A stretch of 18,126 nt of DNA from positions 1 through 18,126 of the forward strand of contig JBMYPC010000059.1 in assembly GCA_049599895.1 (NCBI GenBank), read 5' to 3'. Positions 8,516 to 18,124 of this stretch are shown here, piece by piece. Below the pieces are notes generated by a model. The model saw nothing but the letters and a program-made list of their open reading frames with translations, was not told where the DNA came from and did not search any database. Position 1 is the stretch's first letter; each line of letters begins with the position of its first letter. The DNA is from Bacteriovoracaceae bacterium (GTDB taxonomy: Bacteria > Bdellovibrionota > Bacteriovoracia > Bacteriovoracales > Bacteriovoracaceae). Both the position numbers and the translations under genes were made by a program.

Positions 8516-9157
8516 TTAAGCTTTCGCTGAAGTCGCTGCAATTGCAGGGTTAACACTTGAAATTATAGACTTTCCTGCGTTTAACTCATCTCCAATCTGA
8601 GATTGAACCTTATAGGTCTCATCAAAATAAAGAAGCGCGAGTCCTCCAAACGGCATAAGACCGATATTGGCCCTGGCCTTCCCTCTGTCGCCAGGTGCGA
8701 TGACGGTTTCAGGACTCATCGAAAACCAACATTTCACAAGCTGAATCCCAAGAGTTCCCGCAGACTTTGAATTGAGCTGAATTAAAACTCCGTTTTCTTC
8801 ATCTTCAGTGGATTCTAGTTTATAAGTCATAAACCTATTGGCTTCTTTCATGAGCTTCTTTTGCACATCTTTAATTTCAGCACTTACAGGAAGGTAAACT
8901 CCATAATTATCAAAAAATCCGATTCTCACCTGCATGACTGTTTGATTTTTTCCAAAAAGAGGATGATCTACCCCTTCTTGAATTCCAGTCACCTTTCCAG
9001 AGATAGGAGCATAAACTTCTTCCCTTGTGAGAAGCTGATCTGTAAAAAGAGGAATCTTTCTTTTTCTAAAAATAACAAGAGCGATCCCGTAAAGAACGAT
9101 TGCCAATAAAAAGAGCAACCACCATGAAAAAAGATAAAACACAAAGAGTGGAAACAA
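8516..9157 (-). CDS. psd: Phosphatidylserine decarboxylase-like protein, catalytic residues apparently replaced
   Basis: N-terminal hydrophobic anchor, then segments collinear with short (~210-230 aa) Psd proteins: APISGKV, FFDNYGVYLPVSAEI, GLMPFGGLALLYF, IGDELNAGKSII. It sits just upstream of pssA. The start is uncertain (TTG 9157 or ATT 9196). Confidence 0.72.
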   Translation of the reverse strand: MFPLFVFYLFSWWLLFLLAIVLYGIALVIFRKRKIPLFTDQLLTREEVYAPISGKVTGIQEGVDHPLFGKNQTVMQVRIGFFDNYGVYLPVSAEIKDVQKKLMKEANRFMTYKLESTEDEENGVLIQLNSKSAGTLGIQLVKCWFSMSPETVIAPGDRGKARANIGLMPFGGLALLYFDETYKVQSQIGDELNAGKSIISSVNPAIAATSAKA

Positions 9158-9191
9158 AAAGGCAAAATGATATCGATTTGAAAGATAAGTT

Positions 9192-9788
9192 CTAATTTTT
9201 CTTTTCCTTTAACGCAAACTCTACTTTAACTGGTCTAAAATAAAAAGGCTCTAGGTTAAGTTTTAGTTCTTTCACTCTTTTAAAGAATGATTTCTCGTTC
9301 TTTAATATCAATTCATGAGTGAGTTTTTCATTCTCTACATATTCTAAATCATTAGAATAGAAATCAGCGGTTTTATCTAAAAGATTATCTTTGGGGACAA
9401 GCTTTGACTCTTCTTCATCTCCATTCCAAGAATATTGAAAAAACTCATTCTTATATGCATTACAAAAAAAACTTCCCCGATCAAATCCAAGAAGCTTTGG
9501 GACTTGATGATGATAAAAACCATAACAATCAATTTCATCTTGAGAAAGAATATCTTCAAAGGGCTTAACAACTCTAATTCCAGTATAAGATCCAGGGCCC
9601 TTTGCAAGCACTAAGTTCTTGAGGGAATCAAGGTCTTGCCCATGAGATTTTAAGATTTCATAAACCTCTCCATGAATCACTCGTGAGGTTTTTTTCTCTG
9701 GAATTTCTTTATATTCAATCCAACTTAGGTCTTCACCAAGAAGACCGATCCTTAAAGTCACAGTTGTATCAATAAATAAAGTCGTCAT
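9192..9788 (-). CDS. tsaB: tRNA threonylcarbamoyladenosine biosynthesis protein TsaB (divergent)
   Basis: N-terminal LFIDTT, GPGSYTGIRV motif and C-terminal LEPFYFR. Position directly after rseP. Confidence 0.88.
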   Translation of the reverse strand: MTTLFIDTTVTLRIGLLGEDLSWIEYKEIPEKKTSRVIHGEVYEILKSHGQDLDSLKNLVLAKGPGSYTGIRVVKPFEDILSQDEIDCYGFYHHQVPKLLGFDRGSFFCNAYKNEFFQYSWNGDEEESKLVPKDNLLDKTADFYSNDLEYVENEKLTHELILKNEKSFFKRVKELKLNLEPFYFRPVKVEFALKEKKN

Positions 9789-9794
9789 AAGTTC

Positions 9795-11324
9795 TTATCG
9801 AGTAAAATCGTTAAAAATTGCCCCAAACATTAAAAGAAGAACGATCGAGAGTCCTACCTGTTGAGCAATTTCCATTTTCCTTCTTGAAATGGGTCCTCGA
9901 TTTAAAATCTCAAGGAAGATAAAAAGAATATGACCACCATCAAGAATTGGAATAGGTAATAAGTTAATTATCCCTAAATTAACAGAAAATAACGCCATCA
10001 ATTGTAAAAAATAAGTAATACTGATTTCAAAGGAATCATTGGCAAGCTTTCCAATAGTGACTGGCCCACCAATTTGCTTCAAGCTCGCTTGCCCTGAAAT
10101 TAACATGTAAAAGCCATCAATAGTTTTTTGGATCGCTACAATTGTTCTTTGAAAGCCACTTGAAAGGGCGGCACCAAAGCTTTCAGGTTTTGTCATCACA
10201 AATTTTGGCCTTACGTACTCTCCAGCACTGTAAACACCAATTTTTTTAACGACTTTTCCATTAATCTTATCAAGTTCAGGAGTCAGTTTTTTTGTAACTT
10301 TTTTTCCTTCAGAGATAAGCTTCACCTCAACTGATTCCCCCTTACTTTGCTGAATCAGATCTCTCATTTGCATGAAACTTGTGAGAACAATGCCGTCGAC
10401 CTGGGTCACAATGTCATTCGACTTGATTCCCGCTTTAAAGGCCGCTGAATTATCAACAACCTTTTCAACGACAAGATCTTTTGGATAAAGCCCAAGGGCG
10501 ACTAATTCTTGTTTTCTCGTTTCAAGTTCAGTCGTTTGAAAACTCACTCCTTCTCTTTTCCTTTGGTCATCTTGAAAAAGGTCAATGAAGTTTTTATTTG
10601 GAGCTGTGAGAATCTCTTCAAGGGAACTTACAACCTCCTCACCTTGAAAACCATCGCTAAGCTTTAAAGTCTTTCCTTCACTTGAGATAAGAATTGGTTT
10701 TAAAAGAAGAGGTGGCACTTCAACAATTGCCTCAAAAAACTTCTTTCCTCCAAGGTTTACAGGAAGAACAACTTCAGCTCCTCTTCTTATCACTGTAACA
10801 GTGTTAACATTGTTAACTTCATCCCCTAAAAGATCAGTAGGATTTTTAATCTCTCTATCATTAACCTTATAAAGAATATCTCCTGTGTTAAATCCAAATG
10901 AAGCAAGTTTATGAGTTTTAAGAACTGGTCCAAGCTTAATTTCAGGAATCTTTTCTCCATTCACTGAAAGAAAAAAGAATAAGGCCATCGCCAGTAGAAA
11001 GTTTGCTAGTGGCCCACCAAAAACAATCCAGAACCTTGCCCACTTTCCTTTAAAAGTGAAACTGTACTTTCTTTGATCTTCTGGAATGCTCTCTTTATTA
11101 AGAGGATCATCACCAAACATTTTCACGTATCCACCAAGAGGAATCGCGGAAAACGCGTACTCAGTATCACTCATTTTAAATTTTAATAGCTTTGGACCAA
11201 AGCCAATTGAAAATGTTTCAACACGAACTCCAAACAGCCTTGCAAAGAGAAAATGTCCCAATTCATGAAAGAAAACCAGAGGAGTTAAAAAAAGAATAAA
11301 AATTAATACAGCTGTAATCGACAT
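9795..11324 (-). CDS. rseP: RIP metalloprotease RseP (site-2 protease with PDZ domains)
   Basis: HELGH zinc motif, FSIGFGP, IPLGGYVKM, GGPLANF, PDZ-like segments, and NLLPIPILDGGH. Confidence 0.96.
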   Translation of the reverse strand: MSITAVLIFILFLTPLVFFHELGHFLFARLFGVRVETFSIGFGPKLLKFKMSDTEYAFSAIPLGGYVKMFGDDPLNKESIPEDQRKYSFTFKGKWARFWIVFGGPLANFLLAMALFFFLSVNGEKIPEIKLGPVLKTHKLASFGFNTGDILYKVNDREIKNPTDLLGDEVNNVNTVTVIRRGAEVVLPVNLGGKKFFEAIVEVPPLLLKPILISSEGKTLKLSDGFQGEEVVSSLEEILTAPNKNFIDLFQDDQRKREGVSFQTTELETRKQELVALGLYPKDLVVEKVVDNSAAFKAGIKSNDIVTQVDGIVLTSFMQMRDLIQQSKGESVEVKLISEGKKVTKKLTPELDKINGKVVKKIGVYSAGEYVRPKFVMTKPESFGAALSSGFQRTIVAIQKTIDGFYMLISGQASLKQIGGPVTIGKLANDSFEISITYFLQLMALFSVNLGIINLLPIPILDGGHILFIFLEILNRGPISRRKMEIAQQVGLSIVLLLMFGAIFNDFTR

Positions 11325-11384
11325 AATGCTCCATTCCCTATTTTTAGATAGGGTTATTCTACATCATTCAATTAAGGGGTGCAC

Positions 11385-12218
11385 CTATAAGGTATTTGGA
11401 ACAGCCTGGGACAAGATAAATGCAGCATAAAATGGTGCGACGACAATTAAGCTATCAATTCGGTCGTATACTCCCCCGTGTCCAGGAATAAGCTGAGAGG
11501 AATCTTTCACATTAACGATTCTTTTAAGTTTTGATTGAAATAAATCTCCAAGCTGGGCCGTAATAGAAAGAAATGGAAAAAGAAGAACATGAAAGAGAGA
11601 AACATTTAAAAAGAAATATTGCCAGAGAGCTAAAGCACAAATTGAACTCACGATTGCTCCCCCCACGGCCCCTTCGATAGTTTTATTCGGACTTACAGCT
11701 TCCCAAAGCTTGTGTTTTCCAAATTTCTTTCCACAAAACCAAGCTCCAATATCTGTTCCAAAATTAATGACGAGCAAGATGGTAATCACTCGTTCCCAAA
11801 AAGGATGAGTTAATAATGCAGCAATCGCCATACTCGGAAGTCCAATTAAAAGGAAGGGAGCGACTCTCATTGAGCGAGCAAATTGCAAAAGTGATTCGCT
11901 CAGACTTCTTTTCACAAAAAGAAAGATAAAGAGAAAGACATTGAGAACAATCCCAGCGTTAACAAACATTTGGTAATACCCGTAGCTTGACTCAATGAAA
12001 TTAAAAAAGATGAAGCAAGAAACAAGAAGAGCCTGATTAAGAAGATAAGGTAAGGACTTTCGCCGATACCCAAGAATATTTGTATAGAATTCGTCAGTAA
12101 AAAGAATCGATGTCACGAGAATGAAAATACTAACCGCGCGTTCACCCTGTACCATACAGAAAGCGACAATCGCCACAAGGACAATTGCTGAAATTATTCT
12201 TTTTTGGGTATTGGACAT
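11385..12218 (-). CDS. cdsA: Phosphatidate cytidylyltransferase
   Basis: DIGAWFCGKKFGKHKL, SPNKTIEG, GDLFQSKLKR, and KDSSQLIPGHGGVYDRIDS. Confidence 0.96.
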   Translation of the reverse strand: MSNTQKRIISAIVLVAIVAFCMVQGERAVSIFILVTSILFTDEFYTNILGYRRKSLPYLLNQALLVSCFIFFNFIESSYGYYQMFVNAGIVLNVFLFIFLFVKRSLSESLLQFARSMRVAPFLLIGLPSMAIAALLTHPFWERVITILLVINFGTDIGAWFCGKKFGKHKLWEAVSPNKTIEGAVGGAIVSSICALALWQYFFLNVSLFHVLLFPFLSITAQLGDLFQSKLKRIVNVKDSSQLIPGHGGVYDRIDSLIVVAPFYAAFILSQAVPNTL

Positions 12219-12232
12219 GAGTTTTATACCTT

Positions 12233-12997
12233 CTAGGAAACTGAAGGCCCGGTGGCCTTAAGAATCTCGTCTTTTTGCGCTTTTGCTTTTTCACAAGTAT
12301 CTGTCAGGCTAGTTTGAGAGTCAATGGCCCCAAACCTTCTCTCACGATTTGAAACCTTAGAGAGAATTGATTCAAAAATTTCACGGCTAAAATCTGGCCA
12401 CTGAGTGTCTAAGAAATAAAGTTCTGCATAGGCCATTTGCCAGAGAAGAAAGTTTGAAATTCTTTGATCACCACCGGTTCGGATAAGAAGATCAATTTCA
12501 GGAACAGCAGGATTATAAAGAGAATTTGCGAGAGATTCTGAATCAATTTCTTTACCAGGATTTTCCTTAATAAATTGATTCACCGCTCGACAAATTTCTG
12601 TCCGCCCACCATAACCAAAAGCAAAATTAAGTTTTAAGCCTTTCGCATTTTTTGATTTTTCTTCAAGCTTTTTAACAAGATCGTAGGTTTCTTTTGGGAG
12701 TCCTGATAACTCTCCAATGACTTTAAAACAAATGTCGTTTTTAAGGACTCGATCCCATTCTTTAAGAACATACTTTTTTAAAAGTTTAAAAAGAAGAAGG
12801 ATTTCTTTTTGAGGACGACTCCAATTCTCAGTAGAAAAAGCATAAAGAGTCAAAGACTCTAAACCAAGATCATCGGCAGCCTCAACAATTTCAGAAACAA
12901 CCTTACTTCCACGAATGTGCCCCCAAAAACGAGGACGCGAGCGGCCTTTGGCCCATCTCCCATTCCCATCCATAATGAGTGCAACATTTTTAATCAT
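12233..12997 (-). CDS. uppS: Undecaprenyl diphosphate synthase
   Basis: IMDGNGRWA, YAFSTENWSRP, DLLIRTGGDQRISNFLLWQ, and RERRFG. Confidence 0.97.
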   Translation of the reverse strand: MIKNVALIMDGNGRWAKGRSRPRFWGHIRGSKVVSEIVEAADDLGLESLTLYAFSTENWSRPQKEILLLFKLLKKYVLKEWDRVLKNDICFKVIGELSGLPKETYDLVKKLEEKSKNAKGLKLNFAFGYGGRTEICRAVNQFIKENPGKEIDSESLANSLYNPAVPEIDLLIRTGGDQRISNFLLWQMAYAELYFLDTQWPDFSREIFESILSKVSNRERRFGAIDSQTSLTDTCEKAKAQKDEILKATGPSVS

Positions 12998-13021
12998 GGA
13001 GTTTACTTTGGATTTTTGAGC

Positions 13022-13579
13022 TTAAAGGCTCATGATTTCATTTTCTTTGGTGCCCATAAGTTCATCAACTTGTTTGATATACTTATCAGTCACTGTCTGA
13101 ATCTCAGCTTGAAACTTCTTTGATTCATCCTCACCAATTTCTTTATCTTTTTCAGCTTTTTTAACGACATCATTTTGATCGCGACGTGCGTTTCGAATCG
13201 CAATTTTTGCATCCTCACCAATCTTTTTAACATCACGAACTTGTTCTTTTCTTCTCTCTTCAGTGAGAGCCGGAAAAGGAATTCGAATGAGGTTTCCATC
13301 ATTTGATGGAGTTAGCCCAAGATTGGCACCGAGGATTGCTTTTTCAATGTCAGCAATCATCGTTTTATCAAAAGGTTGAATTTGAAGTAGCCGAGCTTCT
13401 GGAGTACTCACCTGACCGACTTGAGCTACAGGAGTTGGAGATCCATAATAATCAACACTCACTCCATCAAGAACATTTGCCGAAGCTCTACCCGTTCTCA
13501 CTTTCGTTAGTTGATTCTTTAAAGAATCAATGGCCTTTCCCATAGAAGTATTAAGCTTATCTTTGATTTCATCCATCAT
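13022..13579 (-). CDS. frr: Ribosome recycling factor
   Basis: 185 aa with VRTGRA, VDYYGSPTP, LTEERRK and IRNARRD. AAGGAG RBS. Confidence 0.98.
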   Translation of the reverse strand: MMDEIKDKLNTSMGKAIDSLKNQLTKVRTGRASANVLDGVSVDYYGSPTPVAQVGQVSTPEARLLQIQPFDKTMIADIEKAILGANLGLTPSNDGNLIRIPFPALTEERRKEQVRDVKKIGEDAKIAIRNARRDQNDVVKKAEKDKEIGEDESKKFQAEIQTVTDKYIKQVDELMGTKENEIMSL

Positions 13580-13601
13580 AACACTTTCTCCTTAAGCGAA
13601 A

Positions 13602-14330
<729 letters not shown>

Positions 14331-14345
14331 TTAAGAAAACTGAGA

Positions 14346-15233
14346 TTACTTACCTGTCATCTTTGCGACTTCATCAGCAAGATTGTCTTCTTTTTTCTCA
14401 ATCCCTTCCCCAAGGTTGAGCTTATAGAATGCATTAAGCTCGATGTCTGTTCCAAGCTCTTTCGCTTTCGCTGCAATTAACTTAGAAACTGTAAGGTCTG
14501 GGTCTTTAACAAATTTTTGCTCTAGAAAACAAACTTCAGAAGCAAGCTTCTTAAGTTTTCCTTGAACAATCTTAGGAATCATCTCTGTCGGCTTACCTTC
14601 ATCTTTAAGCTGAGCTGAGTAGATCTCTTCTTCACGCTTCTTATAATCTTCGTCGATTTCATCAGCTTTTAAGAACTTTGGAGCCGCAGCAGCTGCATGC
14701 ATAGCAAGGTCTTTAAGAAGCTCTTGAACAACAGCATTGTTCGCTTCAGCAGATGTCTTAAGGTCAATCAAAACACCGATCTTTCCACCATGGTTATAAG
14801 AACCAAGAACGCCAGTGCTCTCAACAAGATCAAATCTTCTAAGATCAATCTTTTCACCACACTTAAGTGTTAGCTCGTTAACCGCTTCTTGTTTTGCAGT
14901 TTTAAGCGCTTCAATGTCAGCTGGTTTTTCTTTAAGAATTGCGTTTGCCATTTCTTTAGCAAAGTTTTGAAAATCATCACCTTTAGAAACAAAGTCTGTT
15001 TCGCAGTTTACTTCAAGAAGAACACCTGTGCTTCCTTCTACTAATGAAACAACAACACCTTCAGCAGCAATTCTTGATTGCTTCTTTTGAGCAGCTGCAA
15101 GACCTTTCTTTCTTAGAAAGTCGACTGCTTCTTCAAGGTTTCCATTTGTCTCTCCAAGAGCTTGTTTACAGGCCATCATTCCAGCACCTGTCATTTCTCT
15201 TAGTTTTTTTACATCACTTGCAGTAATTGCCAT
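14346..15233 (-). CDS. tsf: Translation elongation factor Ts
   Basis: VKKLREMTGAGMMACK and EVNCETDFV. 295 aa, directly after rpsB. Confidence 0.98.
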   Translation of the reverse strand: MAITASDVKKLREMTGAGMMACKQALGETNGNLEEAVDFLRKKGLAAAQKKQSRIAAEGVVVSLVEGSTGVLLEVNCETDFVSKGDDFQNFAKEMANAILKEKPADIEALKTAKQEAVNELTLKCGEKIDLRRFDLVESTGVLGSYNHGGKIGVLIDLKTSAEANNAVVQELLKDLAMHAAAAAPKFLKADEIDEDYKKREEEIYSAQLKDEGKPTEMIPKIVQGKLKKLASEVCFLEQKFVKDPDLTVSKLIAAKAKELGTDIELNAFYKLNLGEGIEKKEDNLADEVAKMTGK

Positions 15234-15288
15234 GATCCTTTCCTTTTAAAAGTTCGATTGATATTAAACTAAATTAAAAATGTTTTGC

Positions 15289-16086
15289 TTATTCTTCTTC
15301 TGCACCAGACTGAAGGTCGATGTCTTTCTCATACTTAGAAAGAATTTCAGACTCAAGTGCTGTATCTCTTGAATCATCATCTTTTCCACCAGATTTTGTT
15401 CTTGAAGTTTTCGAACCTTCGGCAACAGATTGCGCGAAGTACTCAAGGAACATTGTGATTGATTTGATTGCATCGTCGTTTCCAGGAACAACATAATCAA
15501 CTGGAGTTGGATCACAGTTTGTATCAGTAATAGCAACAACAGGAATTCCCAGAACTTTGGCTTCTTGAATAGCGATTTTTTCAGAGCTTGGATCAACAAC
15601 AAAGATCGCTCCAGGAAGCTTTCTCATATCCTTGATACCACCAAGGTTTCTTTCAAGCTTTGTCACGTCTTTTTCAATTTTTGATCTTTCTTTTTTCGTG
15701 AGAAGAGCGAAGTCTCCTGTCTCTTTCATCTTTTCAACTTTTCTTAGCTTATCAATTGAAAGAGTAATGGTTTTAAAGTTTGTAAGCATCCCACCTAGCC
15801 ATCTGTGAGTAACGTGGTAAGCACCACATGATTCAGCAGCTTTAGAAACAACTTCAGAAGCTTGTCTTTTTGTTCCAACAAAAAGAACTGGCTTACCGCT
15901 AGCAGCAGTTTTCTTTAAAAAATCATAAGCTTGTTTCGCAAGAGGAATGGTTTTTCCTAGATCGATAACGTAGATTCCGTTTCTTTCTCCAAAAACGTAT
16001 TTTTTCATTTTTGGATTCCATTTGTGAGTTTGGTGACCAAAGTGAGCACCAGCCTTGAGTAGACCTTCTAGGTTTAATTCAGACAT
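15289..16086 (-). CDS. rpsB: 30S ribosomal protein S2
   Basis: AGAHFGHQ, WNPKM, RWLGGMLTNF, DTNCDP and PGNDD. True start is the ATG at 16086 with AAGGAG RBS, not the ORF-track GTG at 16119. Confidence 0.98.
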   Translation of the reverse strand: MSELNLEGLLKAGAHFGHQTHKWNPKMKKYVFGERNGIYVIDLGKTIPLAKQAYDFLKKTAASGKPVLFVGTKRQASEVVSKAAESCGAYHVTHRWLGGMLTNFKTITLSIDKLRKVEKMKETGDFALLTKKERSKIEKDVTKLERNLGGIKDMRKLPGAIFVVDPSSEKIAIQEAKVLGIPVVAITDTNCDPTPVDYVVPGNDDAIKSITMFLEYFAQSVAEGSKTSRTKSGGKDDDSRDTALESEILSKYEKDIDLQSGAEEE

Positions 16087-16099
16087 AACTATCTCCTTT

Positions 16100-16180
16100 A
16101 AGACGGTTAACTTCACCACCCTTTTGCCGACGAAAATCGTCAGACCATCTTAATTTCAGGTGGCTAGAGGTTTATTGTTG
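16100..16180 (-). promoter_or_regulatory. rpsB 5' leader (S2 autoregulatory / t44-like cis element)
   Basis: Outer stem GCCACC (16164-16159) pairs with GGUGGU (16120-16115) and encloses the hairpin CUGACGA-UUU-UCGUCGG. It is followed by GAAGUUAACC, resembling the conserved 3' part of S2 leaders. Confidence 0.65.
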
Positions 16181-16184
16181 GAGA

Positions 16185-16195
16185 TTTGTAACACA
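16185..16195 (-). promoter_or_regulatory. Putative extended -10 promoter of rpsB-tsf
   Basis: TGTGTTACAAA (TG-n-TACAAA) lies just upstream of the leader and resembles the TGTG extended -10 type known for rpsB promoters. Confidence 0.5.
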
Positions 16196-16306
16196 GAAGG
16201 CGTGGGAGCACCAGAGCTCTGAGTGCTTAAAATAACAAAGTTTTTCAACTAAAACACAGTGCAAAATGAGGGGCCACCACTGACGCGCGACACAAAAACA
16301 AATAGA

Positions 16307-18124
16307 CTAACTGTCCTTAGCTCCAAGAACTTCTCTGCCCTTAGAACCATTGGCCGGTCCGATAATACCATTGACCTCAAGCTCTTCGATGAGATTAGCC
16401 GCTCTGTTGTAACCGATTCTCAATCTTCTTTGGAGCATTGAGGCACTTGCGACTCTCGCCTCAAGAACAGTTTCTAAGGCCTGTTTATAAAGTTCGTCTC
16501 GTGAACCTCCACCACCGGCTCCCGCTCCGGGAGATCCTGATGGACCAGCATCCCCACCATTTTCAAGAAACTCTAAAGCTTCGGCATCATATTCAACATC
16601 CACTCGAGAAAGTGAATTTGTGATCATTTCGATTTCATCTTCTTCAACAAAACTTGAATGCACTCTAATTGTCTCAACACCTTGTTTAAAAAGCATGTCT
16701 CCTTTACCAAGAAGTTTCTCTGCTCCGTAGCGATCAAGAATCGTCGATGAGTCTTTACCTGTTGTCACTTTAAAAGAAACCCTCGTTGGAAAGTTTGATT
16801 TAATGACCCCAGTGATGACATCAACTGAGGGCCTTTGAGTAGCAACAATTAAGTGAATTCCCGCCGCTCTTGCTTTGGCCGCAAGTCTTGAAACCGAAGT
16901 TTCAATTTCTTTTCCATTTTTTGTGAGAATTAAATCCGCAAATTCGTCGATGATAACTACGATATACGGCAAGCTAAAGTCTTGTTCATCAAATTTAAAA
17001 TATTTTCGAATCTTTTCTTTATACTCATCACTGCAGGTTTTAAGTTTATCGTGATAACCCAAAAGGTTTCTTACCCCAAAATCTTTAAGAATTGAGTAAC
17101 GACGATCCATTTCTTGAGTGGCCCATAAAAGAGCATTCATTGCCGTAGGTGAATCAGTAATCACAGGCAACGTCAGGTGTGGAAGATTTGAATAGAGGGC
17201 AAGTTCAAGCTGTTTCGGATCAATAAGTATAAGCTTCAATTCTTCAGGTGAACGTTTGATTAAAAGCGATAATAAAAGTGTATTGATAAAAACTGATTTA
17301 CCTGCACCCGTTGCACCAGCGACAAGCATGTGTGGCATACTCGCAAGGTCTGTTACCAGGGCGTCACCGAAAGCATCTTTCCCCATCGCAATTGGAAGCT
17401 GGGCTTTAGTGTTTTGAAATTCATCTGAATCAAGAATGTCTCCAAGAAAAATAATCTCTCTAGGACTTCTAGGAACCTCGATACCGATCGTACTTTTTCC
17501 ACGCATGGGATAGACAATTCGTATCGGAGCTCCATAAAGAGCGAGAGAGAGATCTTCTTGTCTTTTGGTGACTTTAGAAACTTGAACACCTTGGCCTAAT
17601 TCAAGTTCAAAAGTATCGACAACTGGACCCTTTAAGATATTGATAATTTTTCCATCAATCTTAAATTCAGCAAGTTTCTCTTCAAGGCAGTGAATGATCT
17701 TGGTGAAATAGTTTTTATCTGGTCCAAGTTTATCTTCACTAATTTTTTTATAACTCAAATCACTGACAATCGATTGGTAGCTTTCTTTTGTGATTCCTGG
17801 TTGAGCTGAAGAAGTCTGTACTGAAGGAGTTTTCTCTACCTTATCTTTTGCTTGAGGAGCTTCTTCTTGAGTCTTAACAGGTGTTTCCTGAATAGGTGCA
17901 GGCTCGATAGAGGTGCTCTCTTGCTTAACTTCTTCTTTCTCTGTAGGAGCAGTAATCTTTTCAATTCGAGATTTAAAATCGATCTTTTTTGAAACATCTT
18001 TAAGAGCAGTTAGAGGATTAGAAAGAGGCTTTTTCTTCTTTGCTGAGCTTCTTGGTGAAGAATCTTGAATCGTCACCTTCGTCTTTTTCTTAGGAAGAAG
18101 TTCTTTTAATGAAACTGTCTTTAG
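16307..18124 (-). CDS. ftsK: DNA translocase FtsK, C-terminal part (5' end beyond window)
   Basis: Walker A GATGAGKS, IDPKQLEL, Walker B IIDEFAD, ATQRPSVDVITG and LLGKGDML, plus gamma domain LQRRLRIGYNRAA. The frame stays open to the window edge. Confidence 0.97.
   Translation of the reverse strand, partial: LKTVSLKELLPKKKTKVTIQDSSPRSSAKKKKPLSNPLTALKDVSKKIDFKSRIEKITAPTEKEEVKQESTSIEPAPIQETPVKTQEEAPQAKDKVEKTPSVQTSSAQPGITKESYQSIVSDLSYKKISEDKLGPDKNYFTKIIHCLEEKLAEFKIDGKIINILKGPVVDTFELELGQGVQVSKVTKRQEDLSLALYGAPIRIVYPMRGKSTIGIEVPRSPREIIFLGDILDSDEFQNTKAQLPIAMGKDAFGDALVTDLASMPHMLVAGATGAGKSVFINTLLLSLLIKRSPEELKLILIDPKQLELALYSNLPHLTLPVITDSPTAMNALLWATQEMDRRYSILKDFGVRNLLGYHDKLKTCSDEYKEKIRKYFKFDEQDFSLPYIVVIIDEFADLILTKNGKEIETSVSRLAAKARAAGIHLIVATQRPSVDVITGVIKSNFPTRVSFKVTTGKDSSTILDRYGAEKLLGKGDMLFKQGVETIRVHSSFVEEDEIEMITNSLSRVDVEYDAEALEFLENGGDAGPSGSPGAGAGGGGSRDELYKQALETVLEARVASASMLQRRLRIGYNRAANLIEELEVNGIIGPANGSKGREVLGAKDS

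Noticed and set aside
15289..15420. Acidic C-terminal extension on S2
   Set aside because: Variable acidic tails are common on S2 proteins.
16268..16279. GAGGGGCCACCA resembling a tRNA 3' end or att site
   Set aside because: No T-arm (GTTCRA) or cloverleaf upstream, and no integrase or direct-repeat partner in the window.
16250..16290. CAGTG...CACTG-TGTTTT on the minus strand as an ftsK terminator
   Set aside because: Only a 5-bp core stem with a large, poorly paired loop, which is too weak to call.
16500..16560. GC-rich Gly/Pro/Ser stretch in ftsK (GGDAGPSGSPGAGAGGGGS)
   Set aside because: This is the ordinary flexible linker between the motor and gamma domains.
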